From positions 1-29,816 of IMG/VR virus record IMGVR_UViG_3300030095_005515: a stretch of DNA of 29,816 nucleotides; one strand, 5' to 3'. The stretch is from a virus (Duplodnaviria; Caudoviricetes). The position numbers and the translations under genes were made by a program. Positions 14,251 to 24,812 of the stretch are shown one piece after another; the stretch's first letter is position 1, and the number at the start of each line of letters is the position of its first letter. Below the pieces are notes generated by a model. That model saw nothing but the letters and a program-made list of their open reading frames with translations. It searched no databases and had not been told where the DNA came from.

Positions 14251-17230
14251 TTTTTTCTATCATATTAACTCTGTTTTGAGTTTTATTTAAAGTTTCTACA
14301 GGAAGAACAACATTTGTGTTTCTTGCTATTACACTTCCTAAAGCTTCGTAATCTATTATAGAGTTTGTACTAATGTTAGGACTACTAAAAGAAGTTCCGC
14401 CACCCACTTGATTTATTGCGCTTAAAGCTCCACCAAACATAGCTGTGCTTCTTTTATTTATAACAGCCTCTCCGCCTTCTAGCTCTACAACTCTACCACC
14501 CGCATTAAACTTTTCACCTCCTTGATTATGAGGTCTACCGTGAACCAATCCACCTTTAGCGAATTGCTGAGATTGTATTGATGATACGTTTGTAGCATAT
14601 CTAGCAATAGCTAACGCTGATAATACCTTATATTGAGCTATACTTGCTCCCCCGAAAGTAAATGCTGCAGCAGGGTTTGCCGCAGCTTGAACAGCGATGT
14701 TAACAAGCTCTTGAGTAAAGTTTATTTTAGCTAATTTTAACTCATTTTGTTTCCTTTTTTCAAAAGATTCTTTTTCTAGTTTTTCTTTTTCAGCGGCAGC
14801 CTGTCTTTGATTAATTAAACCATCTTCTTGTTCTTGTTGTAAAAGCTCTTGCCTTCTACTCATTTGTGTTTCAAAATTATCTATTTCTCTTTTAAGAGCT
14901 TCTTCTCTAGCATTAGCAATTATTTCTATAGCTTGCTTAGTTCCATCTACAATATCTTTATTGTTCTTTTTAGTAAAACTATTACTTTCTTTTGCTAATC
15001 TAACCTCTAGATTTGCTCGTTTTTTTAAAAGTTTAGTTCTTTCGTCTTCAGTTTTACCATGTATAACTAATAAAGTGTCAACGTGTAGTATTTCTCTTTC
15101 AATTTCTTGAATATTAAACTCTTTAGCAGTTAAAGCTCTAGTTTTAGATTGCTCTATTGATGCATTAGTGCTTGCTTCGAAAAACTCTTCTTCAAGTATT
15201 CTTCTTTTTTTAACAAAACTTTCTGAGTTAGTATTTCTTATCTCTAACTCTTTAGCATTTCTTTGAGTTATTAATTTATCTATTTTTGTTTGTATAGAAA
15301 CTCTTAAGCTTTCATTAACAATTTCTTTGCCTTTATATTCTTGCAACAACTCTTGTTCCCTTTTTAATTTAGCCTCAATAATTGCAAGGTCTGTTACAGC
15401 TCTAATCTTACCATCAGTAGAATCTTTTTCATTTAACTCTTTTATATCTTCAGATAAATCTATCCTACCTTGACGTTCAATTTTATTAAATTCCATAGAG
15501 AGGTCTGCCCTTCTATCTTTTTCGTCTTCATCAAGCTTCTCTAGTCTATCATTTTCAGCTTCTATTTTTTTGTTGTGAGCTACAAACTCATCAAAAATAG
15601 CTTTCAACTCTTTATCTTGAGATTTAAAAAATGTATTACCCTGCTCAGTTGTTTGTTCTAACTTAGGAACTAAAGTAAGTAGGGAATCAAATTGCTTTTG
15701 CTGTTCAGAAGTTAAAGCTGAGCCTTCAGCTATTTTTTCTCTTATCAACTTTACATCACTAATACCGTTTTTTATAGCTTTTCTAGTATCTTTATCTGAT
15801 TGTATTTTTCTTCTTATTCGTATTTTGTCTAGAGTTTCTTGTTTAGATTCTTCTCCAAGAAATAGTTTCTCAAAAAATGATAATTCTTCTGCGGCTAATA
15901 TATCTAAAAACGAAGTAGCATCTTCTACAAATCCTTGAAAAAACTCTGAATCACCTATAGAAACTTTTAGTAACTCGTAAGAAGCTTTCAACTTATCTAT
16001 AGCTATTTGGCTTGAATCCATGTTTTCCTCTAAAGCTTTTTGAGTATTGGCAGCTCTAAGGGTTTCGTCTTGATTTTCCTCTAAAATTCTGTTGTAATCC
16101 TCAGCATTCTCACCAGCTAAAGAAAATATAGCAGTTAAACCACGAACATTACCAAACATCTGCTCTATTGCTCTAGGGTTTTCTTTAAAAACTTTATTTA
16201 ATCTTCTAAGGGTTTCAGTAAATCCTACTGATTTCATTTGAGCCGCACCAATAGGTATTCCGTATTCTATAAATAAATCTCTAGATTCAGCAGCAGGCTT
16301 TTGCATTTGAGATATTGCAGCACGCAATGCTGTTACTGTTTTAGCGGCATCTAAACCTGAACGAGTTGTAACTGCAATCGCAGAACCTAACTCCTCTAAA
16401 GAGATTCCTGAGGCAGCAGCAAAAGGGACTACAACCCCTAACGATTTAGATAGCTCTTCAACCGTGGTAACACCAAACTTTTGAGTTGTAAATAATATGT
16501 CTGAAACTTTAGATGCCTCAGAGGCTTCTAACCCATAAGCGTTTAAAACTGTAGTCAATCCCATTGTTGCTGACTTCAAGTTTGTAACACCCGCAACTGC
16601 TAACTTAGATGCCTCATTTAAAAACTTAATAGACTCACCTCCTGATACACCTGCAGAAACAGCGTTAAACATAGCTGTATTTACATCTTTCAAAGCAAAA
16701 CCATAATCTTTAGATAGCTGTATAGAGCCTGCAAATAAATCACCTCTAAAAAGACCTGTGTCTTCAACACTCATTAGTGTTGTAACATTTTTAACGCCTC
16801 TTTCAAATTCAGCAAAAGATTTTACGCTTTCAGAAATAAAAGATGTCAACCTCCTAACAACAGCTACAGTTGCAGTAATAGCTGTAGCCATTTTTGCAAA
16901 ATTCTTTACACTATCTAGAGCTCCTTTATTGCTTTTAGATAAAGTAGAGTTATTTGTTTTTTGAGCAGAGGTGTTTTCTTTTGTAGCTTTAGTAACTTTT
17001 TTTAATGCAGCCTCTTGAAGTTTTAAAGCATTTTTTTTACTTTGAATAACTTCTTTAAGCTTTCCTATTTGCTTTCTACTAGCGGCATCAACTCCGTTGT
17101 TTTTTTCAGTTTGCTTTAACTTATCCCTAAGCTTTTTATTTAACTGAGCTAATTCAGCTGTAAGTTTTCCAACTTGGTCTCTACCTTCTATGCCAAATTT
17201 AATTATGTATTCATCTTGTGCTTTTGCCAT
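14237..17230 (-). CDS. tail tape measure protein (TP901-family core)
   Basis: ASKVSDILF.TQK.GVTTVEEL, AAASGISLEELGSAIAV; long charged helical region; C-terminal FAKGGLVHG..H.QGG…ELEGGEAVINK. Confidence 0.92.
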   Translation of the reverse strand: MAKAQDEYIIKFGIEGRDQVGKLTAELAQLNKKLRDKLKQTEKNNGVDAASRKQIGKLKEVIQSKKNALKLQEAALKKVTKATKENTSAQKTNNSTLSKSNKGALDSVKNFAKMATAITATVAVVRRLTSFISESVKSFAEFERGVKNVTTLMSVEDTGLFRGDLFAGSIQLSKDYGFALKDVNTAMFNAVSAGVSGGESIKFLNEASKLAVAGVTNLKSATMGLTTVLNAYGLEASEASKVSDILFTTQKFGVTTVEELSKSLGVVVPFAAASGISLEELGSAIAVTTRSGLDAAKTVTALRAAISQMQKPAAESRDLFIEYGIPIGAAQMKSVGFTETLRRLNKVFKENPRAIEQMFGNVRGLTAIFSLAGENAEDYNRILEENQDETLRAANTQKALEENMDSSQIAIDKLKASYELLKVSIGDSEFFQGFVEDATSFLDILAAEELSFFEKLFLGEESKQETLDKIRIRRKIQSDKDTRKAIKNGISDVKLIREKIAEGSALTSEQQKQFDSLLTLVPKLEQTTEQGNTFFKSQDKELKAIFDEFVAHNKKIEAENDRLEKLDEDEKDRRADLSMEFNKIERQGRIDLSEDIKELNEKDSTDGKIRAVTDLAIIEAKLKREQELLQEYKGKEIVNESLRVSIQTKIDKLITQRNAKELEIRNTNSESFVKKRRILEEEFFEASTNASIEQSKTRALTAKEFNIQEIEREILHVDTLLVIHGKTEDERTKLLKKRANLEVRLAKESNSFTKKNNKDIVDGTKQAIEIIANAREEALKREIDNFETQMSRRQELLQQEQEDGLINQRQAAAEKEKLEKESFEKRKQNELKLAKINFTQELVNIAVQAAANPAAAFTFGGASIAQYKVLSALAIARYATNVSSIQSQQFAKGGLVHGRPHNQGGEKFNAGGRVVELEGGEAVINKRSTAMFGGALSAINQVGGGTSFSSPNISTNSIIDYEALGSVIARNTNVVLPVETLNKTQNRVNMIEKNAKF

Positions 17231-17233
17231 TTC

Positions 17234-20200
17234 TTATAGTATTTCGTGGTTAGTTCCCGTTCTAGTAACTAGCAACAATTCAACTTCTGTAGGCTCACCT
17301 GAGAAGTTAAAATCTTTTATTTTATTTATTATGTATAATTCTTTATCTATTTTTATAAGTTGTCTAAAGTTTAGACTTCTAATATCCTCCACTGTTAAGT
17401 ATATTTCAGCAGTAATAATTTTATCTCTCATCATAAGCATATCAATAAGGCTTTGATGATATTCATTAAATAATCCGTTTTCAGACCCTGAAGAACCATT
17501 TACATCTGAAAATATCGCACTAGGAGTGTTTGGTTCAAAAGGAAAATAAGAACCTACTTCTAAATAAGCGGGATGAGCGGTCTCTACACATCTAAATAAG
17601 CCTTCTCCTGCATTAACAAAATTAGAATTATCCGCAATAAAAAACTCTTCTAAAGAGTAGTGTATACATGGTATTTGATTAGATATGTTATTATTAAAAT
17701 CTAAAGAAGAATTTATGTAGCTAAAAGTTTTGTCTGTGTATTTAGTTCCTTTTAAAAGACAAAGCTTATACTCATGAGAGTTATTTGATTCAGGTTTTTG
17801 CTCAGGTATAGTAGGCTCTAAAGTAGAGTCAGAATCACCCCATATTCTAGGAATCCAAATAGGCTTTGTTACTAAATTATCTGTTTCGGCTGTAAGCTCA
17901 GAAGAATAAGGATTTCCACTATTTGTTCTAGATATAAATTTAGCGTTACCCATTTTTAAAGCTGAAAATATGTCTAAAGAAACCCCTTGAGTTTCATCAC
18001 TTAAAGAAGCAGGATTAGATAAACCATTTAAAGATAGGTAAATCTTTTTGTCACCAAAACTAATAGATGAATCACCTTGATAACCATTGCTTACAGAATA
18101 GTCTGATGAATCCTCTTTCATAGCATAAACTAAATCAGTATTTATAATTTCATTATTAGATATTTTTGTTATCAAGGCTTTTTCTGTGAAATCCTTAAAT
18201 GAAAAAGCTGAACCTGTAAAGTCGTAAAACATACTAAAAGGTTCTACTGTAACTTCTTTAGTTAAATTATTTGCAGTCCAATTTAAATTAAATATTTTTG
18301 TTAACTCAGATATAAAATCTATAGCTTTTACATCGGGTAAAACCTCTAAGTAACTTACTTTAGGCTTTGCTTCACTAGTGTATACTGAATAGTATCTACC
18401 TCCCATTGGGGCTACACCCTTAGATACTTGAAGACTTAAGTCTAATTCATTTACTTGAAACCCGCAATTAAAAACATAATCTTGACCCTGAAGACTAACA
18501 GAAAGACCTCTAGTTCCCATTAAAACAACTATGTTGTATTTTTTGCCAACTTCTAAATATTGACTTCTACTTATAGAAACTCTAGTGTTTTCGTAGTCTG
18601 TATTAAAAAGCTCTACTGAGTTTTCATCAAACAAATCAAAAGTATTAAATGCAAATCCATTATTTGATAAATATATGTCATCATTAGCAAACTGTGAGTC
18701 AACTAAAATTACAGTTATAAATGTTTTTTGAAATTCATCACCACCTTCACCAAATCCTTGAGTTCCAACAGCTTGAGTTAACGTAAAGTTTATAGCTGCA
18801 CTTAAGTCGTAGTAATCAGACTTATTAACCTGTATAATAGATTTGCTTTGGCCTAAATTATTTCCTTTTAATTTATATTTGCTAGAAGCAGGATTATCAC
18901 CTAAAAATTCAACACCACCCAAAATCGTTGTTAAGCTAATATCTTCATATGAATGAAAGCTACCCTTATCTTGATTAACAACATTGCAATTTATAAAAGC
19001 CCAATCTAAATAATAAGAACGAGGAAAAGTTTGTAATTCAAACCCTAAAAACAAAGAGCTTGGAACATAAGGTCTAGGGTTTTGTTCACTACCTTTAAGC
19101 GCTGAAAACTGAGATACACCTTGATTTGCCCCTACAAATAAGTTGGGGTCAAAAGATATATTTAAAGCTGTATTTTGAATAAAAAAATCAGGCTTATTCA
19201 TTGATGGAGCTATACCTAAAAGCCTGTCTTTAAAAGAGCCGAACTCAAGTGAAAAATCATCATTATACTCGTTGTTTTCATTAAAAAATTTACTAACCAA
19301 GGAATATCCTATTTGTTTAAATATACTCTCAAGAACCATTTTAAGAGAAAAAGCAGCCTTTATATTTCCCCAACCAACATTTACAGCATCAGGATTTTCT
19401 GAATCTCTAGCCTTCCACTTACCATTATCAATAAGAGGAAAACATATTTCATCATTTAAACTTGGCTCTAACGCACCTTCAAGTATCGTTGAAGAAGATA
19501 TTTCGTATTGTTTAGAAGGTAAAGTTTTTAATTCCATTTCTTTTAATGGCTCTACCCAATCAGCATTACCTGAAATTAAATTAGTTTCTAATTCATAAGC
19601 TCCATTTTCATCTAGTGAAGAATTTAAAAGATTTGCTATACCTGAAAAAACCTCCATACCGTCTGCTTTAAGTAAGAACTTTATAGGTTTTATATTAAGG
19701 TAGTTAGCTGTCGCAGAGTATTTAGTAGATAAAGCCTGTAGCTCATTTTGGAAATTAAAAGCTAATTTATTTTTAGCTGTAGCAGGTAAAGTAATTGTTT
19801 TTGAAAATGAAGAGCTAGATGATTCTAAATCTCTATAATCTTTAATAGACGCATTAAATGAGACGTCAAAATCATTAAATAAATCTAAAGTTATATCCTC
19901 TTTTCCATCTGTAGGTTCTTCAAACCTAGCCGTTAGCTTTAAACTATTTATGTACGCATCTAAAGTATCCCCTGCGCTAACTGTTTTTAAAGTTACAGTT
20001 ATTAAGGCTGTAGTAAAGTTAGAAGGTAAGTCATTAGGTATATTGTTTACTGTTATATTTGTAGGCGAAGATAAAGAAGTTGTAGTTATTGATGTTGTGT
20101 TTTCTGAACCTAAAAATCCTTGTGTAATATCTATTTGAGAGCCTGATGATAGATAACCTGAAACAACTTGTAATGTTACAGACGAAGCGCCTGCAATCTG

Positions 20201-22840
20201 ATTTGTGTCTATTGCTACAACAAAAGAAATACTAGCAACACCCGCTGAAAGAGCTAAAGTTTGAACATTTACATTCTTAACCCTCATAGCGCTATCATAA
20301 GCGCCAACATAAGGAACGAAAACGTTACTGCTATTAATATTTCCTTTTCTTTCAATAAATATTTGATTTCCTACATGTTGAGCAGTTACCTTAATATAAT
20401 CTATTATAGAATCTAGACCTGTCAAAGCAGAACCCTTTTCAGCTGCGGTTTGAGTTCTAATTCTTAAACGAGAACCTTGCGCTATAATAGTTCCTGAAGA
20501 TGTTCCTGCAGAAGATATTTCTAAAGCTGGAGTATCTTCACCGAAATCAACCATTAAACTATCACCGCCCGAAAGAGAGTCAACTTTATAATCAATTAAC
20601 ACTTCATTACCTATTTGGCTTTCAGGAATTTCTTCTCTTTGAACAGCCTCAGGAGCTTTTACTCCATTAGCAGGGTTGTATTTAAATCTTACCCTATTTT
20701 CACCTGAAGCATTCTGTGTTATAAACGAGTCTTTTGAATCAAAAAATTCAATTTTTTTTATATTTAATTTAGAAGAAACCCACATATCTCCAAAGGTAGA
20801 ATCAGCAAACATATGCAAATCACTAGAGCCTACTTCTAAGCGCATTCTAATGGTTGTAAAGTCGGATGTGTAAAATCCATCAGAATCAATCAAATCAGGA
20901 TTGTTTAATAAGTGAATATTCTTTGTTTGACCTCGTTTTAATTGAGATTCTTCTTGTGAAAAAGTTCCGTCCGATTTATGAAAAGGTTGTATAAAATTTT
21001 CAACATCACTTTTAATATCTGATAATAAAAATTCTGAATCATTATAATAGACTTGCTCGTAATAAGGGGAAGAAGATTGATGTTTAGTGTAAGATATTGT
21101 GCGTTTTCTTAAATTAGAAGTTGTAACAACTATAGGAGCGTCACAAATTAATCCATGCGCAGTAAGAAACCCATCGCTATTATCAGGGCTCATTTGATGC
21201 ACCTCATCTAAATTATCATCCCTTACATAATTTACATTTTGATGTATAATCGCGTATGTTGATTGTGAAAACCTAACATAGTTTATTCTAATAAATGAAC
21301 CTGATGGCGTATTTTGATTAAGTTTTACTTCTAAAGATATTCTATCAAGAGCCTTATGAGTATTAAATGTAAAATGAGTTATTTCTTCAGGGCTTGATGG
21401 ACTGACAGGGTTTATAGTTACCTCATCCATTAAAGGTTCTACAATAATATCGTTATTACCTAAAGCGTAAACATTAACTTTAGCGCCATTATTACAGGAC
21501 TCAACATTAAAAGAAACATGATATGTTGTTGATTTTTTTAATGTTTTTTTAACCCTAGCCACACTAAAAGGTCGGTTGTCATTAAAAAAATTACCTCCAA
21601 AAAACAATTTTTTATGTGATGTAGTTGTTTCAGCTCTTACAGGAGCTTCTACAGTGTCTTGATTAAAAGCTTGAGAATATATAGCTTCTTTTGGATGCCA
21701 CTTACCATCTTGAGTTCCTGTTATGTTTGAGTTTGAATCAACGTTATAAAGAACTGATGTAGCTTGAATATCATCGTAATCACCGCCTACACTAGATGTG
21801 CCGTCAGTATAACAGCCTATTAATTGTTGAGGAGTAGTAGAACTAATAGAATTAAGTGTTAATTCTAACTCTACAACCTTACCAATAGTGTGGCTTTGAA
21901 ATATATTCTCAAGACTTATAATAGTCGAAGGTAAAGGGTAATCTACAGTTATATTAGTTTGTGGGTATTTAGGAAAATTAGAAGACGGTATATTTGAATA
22001 CTTTTTTGTACCTAAAAGTAATTCAGAGTTTTCATTAATAAAATTGTAAAAATTATTATCAGCGGCATTAAAATTCCAAACTAAAACATTATAATGAGTA
22101 TATGGATTATCAAGAATTTTAATTACTCTGGCCGAGTCACCAACAGTAACACTTAAAGAATGGGATTGGTCAGCAGGGGCAAGCATTATATTTTGACTTC
22201 TTAAAGAACCATAATTTAGTCTTTGATTATGTTTTAACGCAAAAGTACTAGCGGTATAAAGCGGAAATAAATAAGGCTCATCCATTCTGTTAATTATTTG
22301 AGATGGATGAACACTTGAAGCGTTACTTATATATCTAGGACTAAAAACTAAACCAACTCTTTCTGCGTTAACATTTTGTGAGTTTTTTCTACCATAAACA
22401 GTTAAGTCAGGCATTGTGTAGTGACCACCTTCTGTGTAGTAAGCAAAAGAAGGTGTGGTGTCATATTCTATTTCTTGCGCACCCGAACTATCCAAACCAT
22501 CATTGGCTATAGTAAACATGTTAAAATCCCACCCTTGAGCAACTATAAAAGAATCTCTAACATCATAAAGCGCCTCTAAAAAAGGATTTACATATATATC
22601 ACTAAATCCTTCATTAAAGTTTTCGTTATGCAATTGTAAAGAACTGTTGTAACCCGCTATAGGAATTGCTTGAAGAACATTAGATTCAACGCTCCAAAAT
22701 TGAGGCAACATCATGTTATAGAGTGGATTATAAAACCAATCATGTAAATCTTGATTATTAATTGGAACGTCATAATTCCTTAATTCTGTACCTAAGGCCG
22801 CACCGTTTCCTATTATTAATTCAAATATATTAACCGCCAT
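17234..22840 (-). CDS. large tail tip/hub protein with a ~980-aa N-terminal extension
   Basis: 1868 aa; LDLF..FDVSFN.SI.D..D…SSFSKTITLPAT.KN near aa 980; LPDVKAIDFI..L.KIFNL; C-terminal YLT..DI..LNF…I.ID..LY.INKI.DF. Confidence 0.75.
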   Translation of the reverse strand: MAVNIFELIIGNGAALGTELRNYDVPINNQDLHDWFYNPLYNMMLPQFWSVESNVLQAIPIAGYNSSLQLHNENFNEGFSDIYVNPFLEALYDVRDSFIVAQGWDFNMFTIANDGLDSSGAQEIEYDTTPSFAYYTEGGHYTMPDLTVYGRKNSQNVNAERVGLVFSPRYISNASSVHPSQIINRMDEPYLFPLYTASTFALKHNQRLNYGSLRSQNIMLAPADQSHSLSVTVGDSARVIKILDNPYTHYNVLVWNFNAADNNFYNFINENSELLLGTKKYSNIPSSNFPKYPQTNITVDYPLPSTIISLENIFQSHTIGKVVELELTLNSISSTTPQQLIGCYTDGTSSVGGDYDDIQATSVLYNVDSNSNITGTQDGKWHPKEAIYSQAFNQDTVEAPVRAETTTSHKKLFFGGNFFNDNRPFSVARVKKTLKKSTTYHVSFNVESCNNGAKVNVYALGNNDIIVEPLMDEVTINPVSPSSPEEITHFTFNTHKALDRISLEVKLNQNTPSGSFIRINYVRFSQSTYAIIHQNVNYVRDDNLDEVHQMSPDNSDGFLTAHGLICDAPIVVTTSNLRKRTISYTKHQSSSPYYEQVYYNDSEFLLSDIKSDVENFIQPFHKSDGTFSQEESQLKRGQTKNIHLLNNPDLIDSDGFYTSDFTTIRMRLEVGSSDLHMFADSTFGDMWVSSKLNIKKIEFFDSKDSFITQNASGENRVRFKYNPANGVKAPEAVQREEIPESQIGNEVLIDYKVDSLSGGDSLMVDFGEDTPALEISSAGTSSGTIIAQGSRLRIRTQTAAEKGSALTGLDSIIDYIKVTAQHVGNQIFIERKGNINSSNVFVPYVGAYDSAMRVKNVNVQTLALSAGVASISFVVAIDTNQIAGASSVTLQVVSGYLSSGSQIDITQGFLGSENTTSITTTSLSSPTNITVNNIPNDLPSNFTTALITVTLKTVSAGDTLDAYINSLKLTARFEEPTDGKEDITLDLFNDFDVSFNASIKDYRDLESSSSSFSKTITLPATAKNKLAFNFQNELQALSTKYSATANYLNIKPIKFLLKADGMEVFSGIANLLNSSLDENGAYELETNLISGNADWVEPLKEMELKTLPSKQYEISSSTILEGALEPSLNDEICFPLIDNGKWKARDSENPDAVNVGWGNIKAAFSLKMVLESIFKQIGYSLVSKFFNENNEYNDDFSLEFGSFKDRLLGIAPSMNKPDFFIQNTALNISFDPNLFVGANQGVSQFSALKGSEQNPRPYVPSSLFLGFELQTFPRSYYLDWAFINCNVVNQDKGSFHSYEDISLTTILGGVEFLGDNPASSKYKLKGNNLGQSKSIIQVNKSDYYDLSAAINFTLTQAVGTQGFGEGGDEFQKTFITVILVDSQFANDDIYLSNNGFAFNTFDLFDENSVELFNTDYENTRVSISRSQYLEVGKKYNIVVLMGTRGLSVSLQGQDYVFNCGFQVNELDLSLQVSKGVAPMGGRYYSVYTSEAKPKVSYLEVLPDVKAIDFISELTKIFNLNWTANNLTKEVTVEPFSMFYDFTGSAFSFKDFTEKALITKISNNEIINTDLVYAMKEDSSDYSVSNGYQGDSSISFGDKKIYLSLNGLSNPASLSDETQGVSLDIFSALKMGNAKFISRTNSGNPYSSELTAETDNLVTKPIWIPRIWGDSDSTLEPTIPEQKPESNNSHEYKLCLLKGTKYTDKTFSYINSSLDFNNNISNQIPCIHYSLEEFFIADNSNFVNAGEGLFRCVETAHPAYLEVGSYFPFEPNTPSAIFSDVNGSSGSENGLFNEYHQSLIDMLMMRDKIITAEIYLTVEDIRSLNFRQLIKIDKELYIINKIKDFNFSGEPTEVELLLVTRTGTNHEIL

Positions 22841-22844
22841 AATG

Positions 22845-24206
22845 TTATTGTTTTACTGTGTGAACATCTTTAACAAAAGATATTGTAAATTTCTCTACAT
22901 TTCTTCTATCTTGAGGTAAAGGTGTCGTGTCTGCATCTGTAATAATTATCGGAACGTAATTAGGCGTTTGGTCAGCACCAATCTCCATTAAAAAAGCGTT
23001 AGTACTTCGATACATTTCAGAAAGCCACTCTGAAGCTTCTTGATTAACAACAGTACTTAAAGTGTATACAACATCGGTTCTACCTCTAGAAACTCCAAAC
23101 TTAGAAGAATCCCTTTTAGTGTAATCTTTGAAACCTGTTTTATATATGCTTTTAGAGTGAGTGTGAGAGACACCTAAATTTGATTCAAAGGTATAAAAGT
23201 CTAAGCAATTATAATCATTTACAAAGTAAATTACGTAGTGTTCAACATCTCTAAATGAAGAGTTTATTAATAAAGAACCATTTATTAATTCAAATTTAAG
23301 TTTTTTTGTTTCATTTGAACTTTCTTTAAGGTATACATCCACATTACCGCCCCTCATGTTAATAATATTAGTAGATGCTAAATTTGCAGTTAAATAAGCA
23401 TCAGCTACTGATAAATTTACTGTTTTTATTAATTTATCAGAACTTGCTATAAAGTCTCCTGTCAATAAATTTCCTGCAACAATAGAAGTCCCTGAATTAT
23501 TTACATAATCAGCTACAACTTGAAAGTCTCCACCTAAGTTTTCACAAAAAACACTCAAAGATAGTGCTGCACTTGTAGGTATGGTTCTTCTTAAATTTGA
23601 AGGGCAGTTACTTAAAAACTTACCAAAACTTTTATCTGACAAGTTAGAGCCCAATCTCCATCCTGAAGCTTTGAAGGTACGAGACAATGTGTTACTAAAT
23701 TTATTCAAATTAACTTCATCATCAGGTATTTCTATATCGCAAAAGAATAGTGTTGCCGAAGAGGTTGCTATTGCCGTGTCATCTGAATTATACTCTAAAA
23801 CTCCATTAATATTTATAAACCAATTTTTAGCTTTAACTCTGTACTCTGCTAATAAAGGAAAATCATTCTTTCTACTTATACCTGTAGCGCCATTAGAAGT
23901 GCCGTAAAGACTAAAATCTATATCTTTTTTTATACCGCTTTTAAGTATAGAAGATATATCAAAAGTAAAGGTTGGGGCTGCTTCAGTACTATCTGAATCT
24001 CTACCTTGAACTAAAGAGTCGCCTTTTTTTACAAAAACAAATGCCCCGTCAATTTTTTCTTTAACCTCTACATCTATTTGTACTAAAACAGGAACAACAG
24101 CTCCTGCGCCTTTTGCGTATTTTATAAGTAAAGGTCTATTACAAGTTTCTATTACTTTTGTAGAGTGACTTGAAACGCCTTCTGTTATTGATATATTTTG
24201 AGCCAT
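22845..24206 (-). CDS. putative distal tail / baseplate protein
   Basis: C-terminal IYFVNDYNCLDFYTF…YTLST…WLSEMYRS..AF pattern; precedes the large tail protein. Confidence 0.62.
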   Translation of the reverse strand: MAQNISITEGVSSHSTKVIETCNRPLLIKYAKGAGAVVPVLVQIDVEVKEKIDGAFVFVKKGDSLVQGRDSDSTEAAPTFTFDISSILKSGIKKDIDFSLYGTSNGATGISRKNDFPLLAEYRVKAKNWFININGVLEYNSDDTAIATSSATLFFCDIEIPDDEVNLNKFSNTLSRTFKASGWRLGSNLSDKSFGKFLSNCPSNLRRTIPTSAALSLSVFCENLGGDFQVVADYVNNSGTSIVAGNLLTGDFIASSDKLIKTVNLSVADAYLTANLASTNIINMRGGNVDVYLKESSNETKKLKFELINGSLLINSSFRDVEHYVIYFVNDYNCLDFYTFESNLGVSHTHSKSIYKTGFKDYTKRDSSKFGVSRGRTDVVYTLSTVVNQEASEWLSEMYRSTNAFLMEIGADQTPNYVPIIITDADTTPLPQDRRNVEKFTISFVKDVHTVKQ

Positions 24207-24216
24207 TTTATTTTAT

Positions 24217-24801
24217 TTAAAAAAATGTTTGATTAACACTTTGACCGTCAGACTTAGTAGGTCTCATGAAGCTTAAACTTTCTTGAACCATATTTTGAAC
24301 CCCAACTAAAAGGTCTTTTCTAGCTTTTTTTCTTAACCTTATTTTTTCTTCTTCCCAAATAACATCGAGCCAGCCAACTGTACCTTTGTAAAAAGAACTT
24401 TCAGGATTAAAATTTGAAAATCCATTTTTTTGAATACCTCTAGCTATTCTATAGGCAGCTTGCTCTCGACTCGCAAACCTTCCCGACTTAGTTCTGTAAG
24501 GTTTTATATTTCTATCTTTCATCCACTTAACTATAGCGTCTATTGAAGGCATTCTTTTTGGGTGAATATTTTTATTTAAAAAACCCCCATACCCCTTAAA
24601 AGATACTTCAAAAGAGGTAATCATTTTTTTTGAATCACTAAGAACATTTAACCTACTTTTTATGCTATTTATAAGTTCACCTGTAGATATGTTATTTCTT
24701 TTAATTAAAGAGTTTCTTAATTTAGTTGTAAAAGAACCTGAGTAAGCTCCTATTTTTCTTCTCATCTTTTGATAAGACATTAATTTAGATGGTTGAGGCA
24801 T
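24217..24801 (-). CDS. putative tail completion/neck protein (HK97 gp10-like)
   Basis: Basic; STGELINSI, YG.F, MPSIDAI.KW…R.I, AY.IARGI.K.G. Confidence 0.65.
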   Translation of the reverse strand: MPQPSKLMSYQKMRRKIGAYSGSFTTKLRNSLIKRNNISTGELINSIKSRLNVLSDSKKMITSFEVSFKGYGGFLNKNIHPKRMPSIDAIVKWMKDRNIKPYRTKSGRFASREQAAYRIARGIQKNGFSNFNPESSFYKGTVGWLDVIWEEEKIRLRKKARKDLLVGVQNMVQESLSFMRPTKSDGQSVNQTFF

Positions 24802-24812
24802 AATAATTTTGT

